Below are positions 29,990-40,400 of a stretch of DNA of 64,000 bases, in pieces. The notes beneath the pieces are model-generated. The model was not told the DNA's origin. It was given only the letters and a program-made list of their open reading frames with translations, and made no database searches. The position numbers and the translations under genes are program-made. Positions within the stretch are counted from its first letter, which is position 1. Every line of letters starts with the position of its first letter. This stretch comes from Candidatus Eiseniibacteriota bacterium (lineage in GTDB: Bacteria > Eisenbacteria > RBG-16-71-46 > CAZAMP01). The stretch lies in NCBI GenBank assembly GCA_965224245.1, contig OZ245046.1, positions 3,232,001 to 3,296,000 of the forward strand, in the 5' to 3' direction.

Positions 29990-31126
29990 GTGACCGTCAC
30001 GGCGGCAACGGACATCCGACCGGTCTCGACACGCCGGGACCGCGACGCGTTCGTCAAGCTCCCCTGGACGATCTACCGGGCCGATCCTCACTGGATCCCG
30101 CCCTTGATCGCCGACGAGAAAAAGTTCATCGATCCCGACCACAACCCGTTCTTCCATCATGGCAACGTCGAGCACTTCCTGGCCTGGCGCGACGGGACGC
30201 CGGTCGGACGGATCGCGGCCATCCACAACCATCTGCACAACGAGTTCCACGACGATCGCGTCGGGTTCTTCGGCCTCTTCGAGAGCATCGACGATCCCGA
30301 GGTGGCCCGAGCACTCTTCGATGCCGTGGCCGACTGGCTCGGCGCCCGCGGTCTGACCACGATGCGCGGCCCGATGAACTACTCCACCAACGACACCTGC
30401 GGCCTACTGGTCGACGGCGAGCCCGGGCCGCCGTTCATCATGATGACGCACAACCCGCCTTACTACCCGGCGCTCGTCGAGTCGGCGGGGTTCGGCAAGG
30501 CGAAGGACCTGATCGCCTTCATCATCACCGGCGACGACGTGGATCACGAGCGCCTCACGCGCGTCGAGAAGGTCCTGACCCGTCGCATTCGCGCCGACGT
30601 GCGCATGCGCACGATGGTCAAGAAGTGCTGGGACGAAGAGGTCGAGCTCATCCGTCACGTGTACAACAACGCCTGGGAGCGAAATTGGGGCTTCGTTCCG
30701 TTCACGGAGGCCGAGTTCGATCACATGGCCAAGGAGATGAAGCCCGTCGTCGACCCCGATCTCGTGGGCATCCTCGAGGTCGACGGACAGACGGCCGGCT
30801 TCGTGTTGGGCCTGCCCGACATGAACCTGGCCATCCGCAAGGCGAACGGCCGGCTGTTCCCGTTCGGGCTCATCAAGATCCTGATCGCCGCTCGCGGGAT
30901 CAAGCGGTTTCGCGTCCCCATCCTCGGCCTGCTTCCCGAGTATCGCGGGCTCGGCTACGACACGCTCCTGTACTTCCACATGGTGAAGACCGGGCTGGCG
31001 AAGGGGTACGAAGCGGCGGAGATGTCCTGGATCCTCGAGGACAACCTCCCGATCCGCCGGGGGCTGGAACGCCTGGGCGGCCGGCTCTTCCGCACGTATC
31101 GCATCTACGACCGCTCGCTACGCTGA
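29990..31126 (+). CDS. GNAT-fold N-acyltransferase, bacterial ceramide synthase (bCerS)-like
   Basis: PWTIY..DPHWIPPL, NPFF, GRIAA, GFFGLFE, MRGP, HNPPYY, AWERNWGF, SWILEDN. Confidence 0.72.
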   Translation: MTVTAATDIRPVSTRRDRDAFVKLPWTIYRADPHWIPPLIADEKKFIDPDHNPFFHHGNVEHFLAWRDGTPVGRIAAIHNHLHNEFHDDRVGFFGLFESIDDPEVARALFDAVADWLGARGLTTMRGPMNYSTNDTCGLLVDGEPGPPFIMMTHNPPYYPALVESAGFGKAKDLIAFIITGDDVDHERLTRVEKVLTRRIRADVRMRTMVKKCWDEEVELIRHVYNNAWERNWGFVPFTEAEFDHMAKEMKPVVDPDLVGILEVDGQTAGFVLGLPDMNLAIRKANGRLFPFGLIKILIAARGIKRFRVPILGLLPEYRGLGYDTLLYFHMVKTGLAKGYEAAEMSWILEDNLPIRRGLERLGGRLFRTYRIYDRSLR

Positions 31127-32097
31127 TGCCGACCGCATTCGTGACGGGCGGCAACGGGTTCATCGGCTCGCACCTCATCGAGCGGCTCGTGGAATCGGGC
31201 TACTCGGTGTCCGCGCTGGTGCGCGACCCGGCCAGCACGCGCTTTCTTCCGACCCATCTGGTCGACGTCATCCCCGGCGACCTCGCGGACCCCGACGCGC
31301 TCTCGGTGGGTGCTCGGTCCGCCGACGTGGTCTTTCACGGCGCGGCCCTGACCCGCGCCCCCAGCGAGGCCGAGATGAATGCGGTCAACGTGGAGGGGAC
31401 CCGGCGGATGATCGCGGCGTGTCTGGCGCCCACGACACCGCCCAAGCTCGTGTTCGTCTCCAGCCAGGCCGCGGCCGGCCCGAGCCCGGACGGGCGCCCG
31501 ATGACCGAGACCTCCGCCCCCCGGCCCACGTCGTGGTACGGAAGGAGCAAGCTCGCCGCGGAAGCACTGGTGAACGCGCACGCCGATCGGCTCGAGGTCG
31601 CATGCGTCCGTCCGCCGTCGGTCTACGGACCCCGCGACGACGCGTTTCTGGCCCTCTTTCGCTGCGCGGCCCGGGGCTGGCTTCCGCTTCCAACCGGGGC
31701 CCGCGGGCTCTCGATCGTTCACGTGTCGGATCTCGTCGAGGGGCTTCTCGACGTGGCCCACCGCGGCCGGGGAACCTACTACCTGACCGACGGCGAGACC
31801 CGCCCGCTCGCCGAGGTGCTCGGCGCCATCGCGAGCGCCGTGGGACGACGCGTTCGCTTCGTGCGCATTCCGGCCGGGCTGTTCGTCGGCATCGCGTGGA
31901 TCGTGGAGCGCCTGGCCGCGGTGGCCGGCGCGCGGCCGCCGATGACGTACGACCGTGCCCGCGACGCCGTGGCCACCGACTGGATCTGCAGCGACGCGCG
32001 GGCGAGAGCCGAGCTCGGATACCGCAGCCGGATCCGCCTGGAGGACGGCATGCGCGAGGTCGCCAGGTGGTATCGCGAAGCGGAGTGGCTCCGGTGA
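31126..32097 (+). CDS. NAD-dependent epimerase/dehydratase-fold reductase (CerR-like candidate)
   Basis: TGGNGFIG, VSSQAA, YGRSK (YxxxK), RPPSVYGPRD; TGATG coupling. Confidence 0.8.
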   Translation: MPTAFVTGGNGFIGSHLIERLVESGYSVSALVRDPASTRFLPTHLVDVIPGDLADPDALSVGARSADVVFHGAALTRAPSEAEMNAVNVEGTRRMIAACLAPTTPPKLVFVSSQAAAGPSPDGRPMTETSAPRPTSWYGRSKLAAEALVNAHADRLEVACVRPPSVYGPRDDAFLALFRCAARGWLPLPTGARGLSIVHVSDLVEGLLDVAHRGRGTYYLTDGETRPLAEVLGAIASAVGRRVRFVRIPAGLFVGIAWIVERLAAVAGARPPMTYDRARDAVATDWICSDARARAELGYRSRIRLEDGMREVARWYREAEWLR

Positions 32098-33014
32098 CCA
32101 CGCACGCGGGGCCGACCCCCGAGCGCGTGGGACCCGCGTTCGCGCGGCGAGAGCGCGGCCTGTTCGCGATGGACTGGGCCGTCATCGTGTATCTGGCCGT
32201 GACCGGGATCCTGATCCTCGTCACGCGGCCGGCGCACAGCCCCACGTTGCTCCTGATCCGGGCGTCGGTGTTCGTGGTGATGGTCGCGCTGGCCCGGCTA
32301 CCGCGGCCACGCAATCGATTCTGGCTCTTTCTGCGGCTGGCGTATCCGGTGACGTTCTACGGGATGTTCTACGCCGAGCTGTCGGACCTGAACACGATGT
32401 TCACCAGCAAGCGTTTCGATTCCATCGTGGTCGGGTGGGAGCGGGCGGTCTTCGGTACGATGCCCAGCGTCACGCTTCGCGACGCGTGGTCCTGGACGCC
32501 GCTCTCGGAGTTCCTGCACTTCGCATACGTCTCGTACTACGCGATTCCGACGTTTCTCCTCGTGATGCTGCTGCGCGGGTTTCGCATCGACGCCATCGGC
32601 GAGACGGTCACCGTGGTGACGGTGACGTTCATGACCTGCTACGTGTTCTTCATCGGCTTCCCGGTGGTGGGGCCGTTCCACTACCTGACGCCGCCGGACC
32701 CGACCTCGCTCGGGGCGGTGTTCCCGCCGCTCGTGCACCGGATCCTCCACGCGGGATCGTCGCCGGGCACGGCGTTTCCGAGCTCTCACGTGGCGATTGC
32801 CACGGCGGTCTGGATCCAGGCGTGGCGGCACGATCGGCCGGCGGCGCTGGTGCTGACGGTCATCGTGCCCGCGCTGGCTCTCGGGGCCGTGTACGGCGGC
32901 TTCCACTACGGGATCGATGCGCTATGTGGGTTCGTGCTCGCCCTGCTCGTGAACCCGCTCGGCCGCCGCCTCTGGCGCCTGCGCCCGGTGGTTCCGACCC
33001 GACCGGCCGCGTAG
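32094..33014 (+). CDS. PAP2-superfamily membrane protein (AUR1/IPC-synthase-like)
   Basis: AY.SYY, FPVVGP, AFPSSH, HYGID (HxxxD); multi-TM; GTGA coupling. Confidence 0.82.
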   Translation: MTTHAGPTPERVGPAFARRERGLFAMDWAVIVYLAVTGILILVTRPAHSPTLLLIRASVFVVMVALARLPRPRNRFWLFLRLAYPVTFYGMFYAELSDLNTMFTSKRFDSIVVGWERAVFGTMPSVTLRDAWSWTPLSEFLHFAYVSYYAIPTFLLVMLLRGFRIDAIGETVTVVTVTFMTCYVFFIGFPVVGPFHYLTPPDPTSLGAVFPPLVHRILHAGSSPGTAFPSSHVAIATAVWIQAWRHDRPAALVLTVIVPALALGAVYGGFHYGIDALCGFVLALLVNPLGRRLWRLRPVVPTRPAA

Positions 33015-34256
33015 CAGTCGATCGCGCAGCACCCGGGCCTTTCGCTCCGAGCGCTCCTCGCGCCGGCGGGCGATCTCGACCCGGAACGGACTGGGAAGCC
33101 AGAGCGACCAGAGCGTCCACAGCGTGAGCGCCGCGGTCAGGATCGCGAACAGCGTCACGAGCCCGAAGTCGAGCGCGTTGCCTCCGAGGAACCCCCCCGC
33201 GAACGAGCCCGCGAACTGGTGCACGTTGAACACGCCGGTGGCGGTTCCCCTCATGTCCGGAGGTGCGAAGCGCGTGACGAGCGCGGGCAGGATCGGCTCG
33301 ATGGCGGCGATGCCGATGATGAACAGCGCGATGCCGAGAACCAGCGGGGTCAGCCGCGTGGTGCCGAAGACGGCCAGGATGAAGCAGGCGGTCGCCAGCG
33401 CCATGCCCCCTGCGCGCATGATCGGGCGCGCCCATCCCGGATGATCGGCACGGCGCACGGTGGCGAACATGACCAGGAGAGCGCCCACGATTACCGGTGG
33501 ATAGAGCCGCCACAGCTGACCCCAGCCGAGGTGGCGCTCGATCTCGAACGGAAGCACGACGAACACGCACGTGATCGCCAGGTGCACGACGAAGACGCCG
33601 ACGTCGACGATGACCAGCTCTCGCCGGCGCAGGACGTCCCATGCACGCGCGAGCGTGAGGTCGCGGGTGTCGCCGGGCGGCGGCGGATGCCGGAAGAAGA
33701 CCAGTACGTACACGATGCCGATCATCGACAGCACACCGGTCAGTGCGAAGAGCCGCGACACGCCGACGTGGGAGGCCACCAGCGGCCCGAAGCCCATCCC
33801 GAGGGCCAGCGAGCCACCGATCGCCAGCCCCAGAAAGCCCATCGCGCGCGTCCGGGCCACCGGCCGGGTCAGGTCGGCCGCGAACGCGATCAGCACCGAC
33901 GCCACCGCGCCCGATCCCTGGAGCAGGCGGCCCACCAGGAGCCACCAGATGTTGCTGGCCGCCGCGGCGGTGAACGATCCCGCGGCGAAGACGAGGAGCC
34001 CGACCACGATGGCCCGGGGGCGCCCGAGCCGATCGGACATCAGTCCCAGCGGAATCTGGAAGATCGACTGGGTCAGCGCGTACACGCCGACCGACATGCC
34101 GATCAGGATGGACGTGGCGCCGGGCAGGCTCGCCGCGTACGTGCTGAGGATCGGGAGCACCGCGTAGAATCCGAGCATGCGAAGCGACAGAATCGCGGCC
34201 AGCGCGGTGACCGCGCGCCGCTCGGCCGGCAGGAGATGCTGACGTTCGCGCGCCAT
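32922..34256 (-). CDS. MFS transporter (YajR-like)
   Basis: SLRMLGFYAVLP, QIPLGLMSDRLGR, GRLLQGSGA, RGTATGVF; about 12 TM. Confidence 0.9.
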   Translation of the reverse strand: MARERQHLLPAERRAVTALAAILSLRMLGFYAVLPILSTYAASLPGATSILIGMSVGVYALTQSIFQIPLGLMSDRLGRPRAIVVGLLVFAAGSFTAAAASNIWWLLVGRLLQGSGAVASVLIAFAADLTRPVARTRAMGFLGLAIGGSLALGMGFGPLVASHVGVSRLFALTGVLSMIGIVYVLVFFRHPPPPGDTRDLTLARAWDVLRRRELVIVDVGVFVVHLAITCVFVVLPFEIERHLGWGQLWRLYPPVIVGALLVMFATVRRADHPGWARPIMRAGGMALATACFILAVFGTTRLTPLVLGIALFIIGIAAIEPILPALVTRFAPPDMRGTATGVFNVHQFAGSFAGGFLGGNALDFGLVTLFAILTAALTLWTLWSLWLPSPFRVEIARRREERSERKARVLRDRLLRGRSGRNHRAQAPEAAAERVHEQGEHEPT

Positions 34257-34444
34257 CGCGCTCCCTTTCACCCGGAATCTCGTACCGGCCGGTCACCCGC
34301 AGGGACGGCGGCCGCGGGCGCCGCGTCGGACCGGCGGACCTTACCGGTCCGCCCGCGGCGCGTCACCCCCCTTGTGGACCGCCGGAATCCGCCCGTACAC
34401 TGCGCCTCGTGGAGTTCGGTGCGTCCAGAGGCATGCTCGGAGGG

Positions 34445-35761
34445 ATGGTGGCCCGTCGTCGGATCCTCGTTCCCGTGCTCGTCGGCGTGGCTCTCGGGCT
34501 GGGGGCACTGGTTGCGTGCTCACCCCGCCCGCCGGGCACCTGCAACGTCATCCTGATCTCGCTGGACACCCTCCGCGCCGATCGGCTCGGGACCTACGGC
34601 TACCCGCGCGGCACGAGCCCCTCGCTCGACGCGTTCGCCGAGCGGGGCGTCGTGTTCGAGACGGCGATCGCCGAGTGCTCGTGGACGCTCCCCTCGCACG
34701 TGACGATGCTCTCCGGACTGTCCCCCCGCTCGCACGGCGTCGTCCTGCCCACGCTCCGGCCCTCGGTCGAGACGCGGCTGCTCGCCGAGATCCTCGACGA
34801 CGCGGGATACGCCACGCTGGGGCTGACCGACGGGGGCTACGTGGCCGGACACTACGGGTTCGATCGAGGCTTCGACGTGTTCGACGACACCGAGAAGGGT
34901 CTGGCCGCGACGCTCGACCTGGCCCGTGCCTTCGTGGACTCGTTGCCGCCCGACGAGCGGTTCTTCCTGTTCCTGCACACCTACGACATCCACTGCCCGT
35001 ACACTCCCGGACCGGAAGCGGCCGCGGCGTTCCGGTCCGAGGGCGCGATCCCCATCACCACCGAGGGACGTTGCGGCAACCCCGAGTACAACTCGATGCA
35101 CCTTTCACCGGGACAGGTGCGCCACGTCTCGGACATGTACGACGCCGAGATCCAGGAGGCGGACCGGGATCTCGAGCCGTTCCTCGCGTTTCTGTCGAAC
35201 ACCGGGCGTCTCGAGGACACGATCGTCATCATCACGTCCGATCACGGCGAGGAGTTCGGCGAGCACGGGCAGATCGGTCACGAGCGCTCGCTCTACCGCG
35301 AGCTCGTCGAGATCCCCCTGATCGTCGTCGCGCCCGGCCTCTCACCCGCCCGGGAAGCTCGGTCGGCCGGACTCGTGGATCTCACCCCGACGATCCTCGA
35401 CCTCGTCGGTGTGCGCACCGAGGCGCCCTTCGAAGGACACGCGCTGTTCGGGCCGGATGCGCCGGCGCCGGACACGCCCCGCTTCAGCGAGCTCGTGTGG
35501 AAGCGCCGGCTGCGCTCGGTGGTGGCCGAGGATCATCACGCCGTCGTCAACCCCGACACCGACGCGTTCGAGCTGTATGATTGGACGCACGATCGACTCG
35601 AGCGACACGACCTCGGGGCCGAACGGCCGGACGTCGCGGAGGCGCTCGACGCGCTCCTCGACGCCCACGCCGCGGCCCCGGTGTCGCGGCGCGCCCGCCC
35701 GATCGAGCAGCTCTCGGAGGAGTCACGCGCGCGGCTCCGCGCGCTCGGATACGTGAACTGA
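34445..35761 (+). CDS. Sulfatase/alkaline-phosphatase-superfamily protein, probable lipoprotein
   Basis: ISLDTLRAD, SWTLPSH, FLHTYDIHCPY, TSDHGEEFGEHG, LRALGY; LVAC lipobox; start uncertain. Confidence 0.85.
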   Translation: MVARRRILVPVLVGVALGLGALVACSPRPPGTCNVILISLDTLRADRLGTYGYPRGTSPSLDAFAERGVVFETAIAECSWTLPSHVTMLSGLSPRSHGVVLPTLRPSVETRLLAEILDDAGYATLGLTDGGYVAGHYGFDRGFDVFDDTEKGLAATLDLARAFVDSLPPDERFFLFLHTYDIHCPYTPGPEAAAAFRSEGAIPITTEGRCGNPEYNSMHLSPGQVRHVSDMYDAEIQEADRDLEPFLAFLSNTGRLEDTIVIITSDHGEEFGEHGQIGHERSLYRELVEIPLIVVAPGLSPAREARSAGLVDLTPTILDLVGVRTEAPFEGHALFGPDAPAPDTPRFSELVWKRRLRSVVAEDHHAVVNPDTDAFELYDWTHDRLERHDLGAERPDVAEALDALLDAHAAAPVSRRARPIEQLSEESRARLRALGYVN

Positions 35762-35792
35762 ACGGCGCTTCCGCCGACGGAGTGGATCCCAG

Positions 35793-37331
35793 ATGGTACC
35801 TTCGCAGACCACGCTCGGACGTCTCGTCGCCGATCGAGGCGTGGACTCGGGCTCCGAGCCCGCCGTCTTCTTCGAGGACGAGGTCATCTCGTACGCCGAA
35901 CTCGCCGACTCCGTCCGGAGCGTGGCCAGCGGCTTCCTGGCCGCGGGGCTCCGTCCCGGGGATCGGGTCGGTCTGCTCCTGCCCAACACGCCCGACTTCC
36001 TCCGGGCGTGGCTGGGCGCAGCCGCGGCGGGGCTGGTCACCGTCCCGATCAACCCCGCGTACAAGCCCGACGAGATCCGGTACATCCTGTCCGACTCCGC
36101 CGCGGCGGGTCTCGTCACCGTCGAGGGGCGCGTCGGAGACGTCGAGTCGGTCTCCGTCCAGCTCCCGGAGCTCTCGGCGCGCTTCGTGACCGACGGCCAC
36201 GCGAGGGGCTGGACCCCGTTCGCCGACCTCTCGGGAGACACCGATGCCGACTGGCCGCCGGACGCCGGTCCGGGCGACCCGGCCGCCATCATCTACACCA
36301 GCGGGACCACCGGTCGGCCGAAGGGCGTCGTCCTTTCGCACCGCAACTACCTCTTCGACACGTGGAGCCTCGTCACCCACATCGGGGCCACGGCATCCGA
36401 TCGGTTCCTGTGCTTTCTGCCGCTGTATCACGTGAACGCGCAGGTGGTGTCGGTGCTGAGCGCCTTCTACGTCGGCGGCGCCCTCGCGCTCCTCCGGGAG
36501 TTCAAGCCCCAGACGTTCTTCGAGAACGTCGCACGCTACCGCGCCACGACGTTCAGCGCCGTCCCCACCGTGTACGCGATCCTGAACACGCTGCCCGACG
36601 TGGAGCGGTACGACCTCTCCTCGCTCCGATACTGCGTCTGCGGGGCGGCGCCGATGCCGGTGGAGGTGTTCAACACGTTCGAGGAGACGTTCGGCGCGAA
36701 GATCTGTGAAGGATACGGGCTCTCCGAGGCCACGTGCGGCAACTGCGTCAATCCGCTCGGCGAGGGCGCGCAGAGGAAGATCGGGTCGATCGGGGTGCCG
36801 CTGCCCGGACAGCGCATGGCCATCCTGGACGACGAGGGTCGCGAGCAGCCCGACGAGACCGTGGGCGAGATCGTCGTGGGCGGGGACGCGCTGATGCAGG
36901 GGTACTTCAACAACCCGAAGGCGACCTCAGCCGCGTTCACCGGCGACTGGCTCCGCACCGGCGACCTCGGGTATCGCGACGCCGACGGCTTCTACTTCAT
37001 CGTCGGGCGCAAGAAGGAGATGATCATCCGCGGCGGAGTGAACATCTACCCGAAGGAGATCGAGGAGGTCCTCTACCGCCACCCGTCGGTGCAGGAGGCC
37101 GCCGTGGTCGGGCTCCCCGACGACGTCTGGGGCGAGACGGTGTGCGCGTGCGTGGTCCCCAAGCCGGGAGCCGGCGTCTCCGACGAGGAGCTGGTGTCGC
37201 TCTGCGCGGAGCATCTCGCCGACTACAAGGTGCCCGAGCGCGTGGAACGCTTCGACGCCTTTCCGAAGACACCCACGGGCAAGATCCAGAAGAACGAGAT
37301 CGTCCCGCTGGTCCTCGCGCGAAGGACGTGA
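35793..37331 (+). CDS. Acyl-CoA ligase (long-chain fatty acid/CaiC-like)
   Basis: YTSGTTGRPKG, EGYGLSE, RTGDLG, GRKKEMIIRGG, PKTPTGKIQK. Confidence 0.93.
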   Translation: MVPSQTTLGRLVADRGVDSGSEPAVFFEDEVISYAELADSVRSVASGFLAAGLRPGDRVGLLLPNTPDFLRAWLGAAAAGLVTVPINPAYKPDEIRYILSDSAAAGLVTVEGRVGDVESVSVQLPELSARFVTDGHARGWTPFADLSGDTDADWPPDAGPGDPAAIIYTSGTTGRPKGVVLSHRNYLFDTWSLVTHIGATASDRFLCFLPLYHVNAQVVSVLSAFYVGGALALLREFKPQTFFENVARYRATTFSAVPTVYAILNTLPDVERYDLSSLRYCVCGAAPMPVEVFNTFEETFGAKICEGYGLSEATCGNCVNPLGEGAQRKIGSIGVPLPGQRMAILDDEGREQPDETVGEIVVGGDALMQGYFNNPKATSAAFTGDWLRTGDLGYRDADGFYFIVGRKKEMIIRGGVNIYPKEIEEVLYRHPSVQEAAVVGLPDDVWGETVCACVVPKPGAGVSDEELVSLCAEHLADYKVPERVERFDAFPKTPTGKIQKNEIVPLVLARRT

Positions 37332-37497
37332 CGGGCGAGCGGTCCGCCCCGGCGACTCCGACGGAGGTCCGGCGTCGGAACGTGGGCGGGACGCGACCTC
37401 GAAACGTCGCAAGCACATCCCGAAGGGACGCTCCGCGGGGTGATCCCTCGATCACCCCGCGGCCATCACCGCCGGGGCCGTCCCTCGACTCGCCCCG

Positions 37498-40400
37498 CTA
37501 CGGCAGAACCACGAGCTTGCGGGTCGCGTGGTGCTCACCGGCCCGCAGGTCGTAGAAGTAGACGCCGCTCGGCACGCGCTTGCCGCCGCCGTCGCGACCG
37601 TCCCACGCGGCCGTGTGGCGGCCGGCGGTCACCTTCTCGTTCACGACGACGCGCACGAGACGTCCCGAGACGTCGAAGATCCCGAGGCGTACGTTCTCGT
37701 CGGACGGCAGGTCGAACCCGATGACCGTTCCCGCGCGGAGCGGGTTGGGCTTCGCACCGTGGACCGCGAACGTGCGCGGCCGCGTCGGGTCGACCGTCTC
37801 CACGGCCACCACCGAGCAGTCGACCGCGTCGCGAGCCCCGACCAGTCCGCATCCGGCGGGCGACTGGTCCGGCGCACACGGTGAGGTGAGCGCGATCCGG
37901 AAGTCGTCGGCGGCCACGTCACAGAACTCGGGGTCGGCCGAGAAGTCGTTCGGTCCGCCGGTACACCCCGCAGTGTCCTCGGTGTTGTTCCAGAGGTCGT
38001 TGCAGTCGAGCGTGACCGTGCCCCCGTCGCACCAGATTCCGCCCGCGCTCGGGGCCAGGCCCGACGCGACGATGTTGTTGAGCAACGAGACCGTGGCCGA
38101 GCCCGTGATCTCGATCGCGCCACCCGCCGTTCCCGCCTCGTTGTCGTGGAACGTGTTGCTCGTCACGTCGGCGTCCCCGGAATCGATCGAGATCGCGCCC
38201 CCCGACACCACGGCCTCGTTCGCGAAGAAGACCGAGCCGGTGATGTCGGCACCCAGGGGCTGATCCAGTCCGATGGCGCCCCCGCGGATCTGCGAGAAGC
38301 AGCTGTCGAACACGCAGGACTCCAGCGTCATGCGCGACTGCAGACCGTACACCGCTCCACCGGCATTCTGGGCCACGCACTCGCGAAACGTGACGTTGCG
38401 GATCGTGGGCGAGACGTTCTGGGCGAAGATGCCGCCGCCGTACCCGTTCGGGAAGCTACCGAACGAGATGCCCTGATAGATCGTCAGGTTCTCGATGTTC
38501 GCGTCGGCCTGGACCTCCATCGCGCGCTGGAACGAGGGCGCCTGCAGCGTGGTCAAGCCCGGACCCGAGCCGATCAGGAAGATGCGCTCGGAGATCGTCA
38601 CCTGCTCCTGGAACGTCCCCGGCCCCACGAACACCGTGTCGCAGAAGTTGGCCGCGTTCACGGCGGCCTGGATCGTCGCGTACTCACCGGGCACGTTCAG
38701 CGTGATGCCCACGCACGGCGGCTCGGGCGACGTGCCCGCGATGTGAAACGTCTGGGGTCCCTCCGGAAGCGCGGTCGCGCTGACCCTGGCCGTCCACAGC
38801 CCCGCCATCGGGGACGTGACGGTCACCTGCTCCATCGGATCGCGGTGGTTCGGACGTTGGACGGCATCAAGCGTGGGGATGCTGGGGGTCAGATCCCACG
38901 GGGAGTACTCGGTTCCGATCGGCGAGACGAGCACGAGGTCGAGGTCGTTGATGAGCGTCGTGAGCGCCCCCGGGCTCGCCGCCGGATCGTTCCAGGCGAT
39001 CGTGACCTGCGCGACCGCTGCGCCGGACGGCACGTCGAACGCGAACTCGGCCGTGTCGCTCGCGTCGTCCAGCGTGCCCTCGCCCCACGCACCGTCCAGG
39101 TACTGGTCGACGGCCGCGTGAACGTCGATCGCGCCGAAGCCGAACGAGTAGTCCGGTCCGACGTTTCCGAGATCGCGCGCCGTGTTGAACAGGAGCGCGC
39201 GCACCAGCGACACCTCGGGCAGGGTGCCGTGGTCGTCGAGATAGGCCCCCTGGACGAGCGCCACGCAGCCCGAGACGGCCGGCGTCGCCATGGACGTCCC
39301 GCAGAATGTGCCGTACGTGTCGCCGGCCTGCGTGGACGTGACGCCGCCGTCGCCGCCGCTCTGGCACCCGGGGCCGACCAGCTCGGGCTTCAGACGCCCG
39401 TCGTCCACCGGCCCCCAGCCCGAGAAGCTCGTCATCGAGTCGTTGTTGGAGTTGATCGCCCCCACCGTGATCGTGTTCTTCGACGCGGACGGCGGCGTGA
39501 TCGTGCCGTAGTCGGGGTTGCCGCAGTCGCTGTCCTGGCGCTCGTTGCCCGCGGAGTGCGCGACCAGGATGATGCCGCCCGCGGCGCCGTTGATGATGTC
39601 GTCGTACTCGGCACTCCCGAAGTCGTAGTCGCCGTAGGCGTCGCAGTTGCCGAGCTCCTCGGAGATCTGGCTGCTCCACGAGTTCTGCGAGATCGACGCT
39701 CCGTAGGTCGCGATCGCCAACGCATGCTCGTCGTACGTCACGTCCCAGTCGTAGCTCGCGAGACCGGCCTGGGGCGCCATTCCGGCCCACTGGAGCGCGG
39801 AGCCCCCCTCGCCCGAGCTGCCGGTGCCGTTGCCCGCCACCGTGCCGCCGACGTGCGTGGCGTGGAAGTCGGGCGTCGCACCGTCGCCGATGCTGAGTCG
39901 TGCCCCGAAGTCGACGTGGTCGGCCACCGCACCGCCGTCCCAGACCGCCACGGTGATCCCGTTGCCGGTCAGGCCGTACGGCGCGTCGTTGACGACGTCG
40001 GCTCCGGTGTTCGCGCGGCATCCGTCGTTGTCTCCGACCTTCGGTGGAGCGGTCTCGCGCACCCAGTAGACGCGGTCGTCCGCACCGATCGCCGCCAGCC
40101 CGGCCGCATCGGTCTGGATCTCGAACGCCCGCAGGAAGCCGGTCTCCTCCAGCACCGTCGCGCCGGCGGCCTCCAGAACCGATCGGGCGTCGGACAGCTC
40201 GACGTCCTCGAAGAAGCGCACGAACAGCCGCCAGTGCCCCTCGGGGGTGACGGCCCAGCCTCGCGGCCCGGCGTCCCGGAGACGAGGGTGCACGCGATCG
40301 TCGGTCAGGATCGGACCGGCCCAGCGCACGAGCAGGCCGGTGGTCGGGCGCGCGAACACGTCGCGCGGCACCGAGACCATCCACGTGTCCTCGGGCAGAT

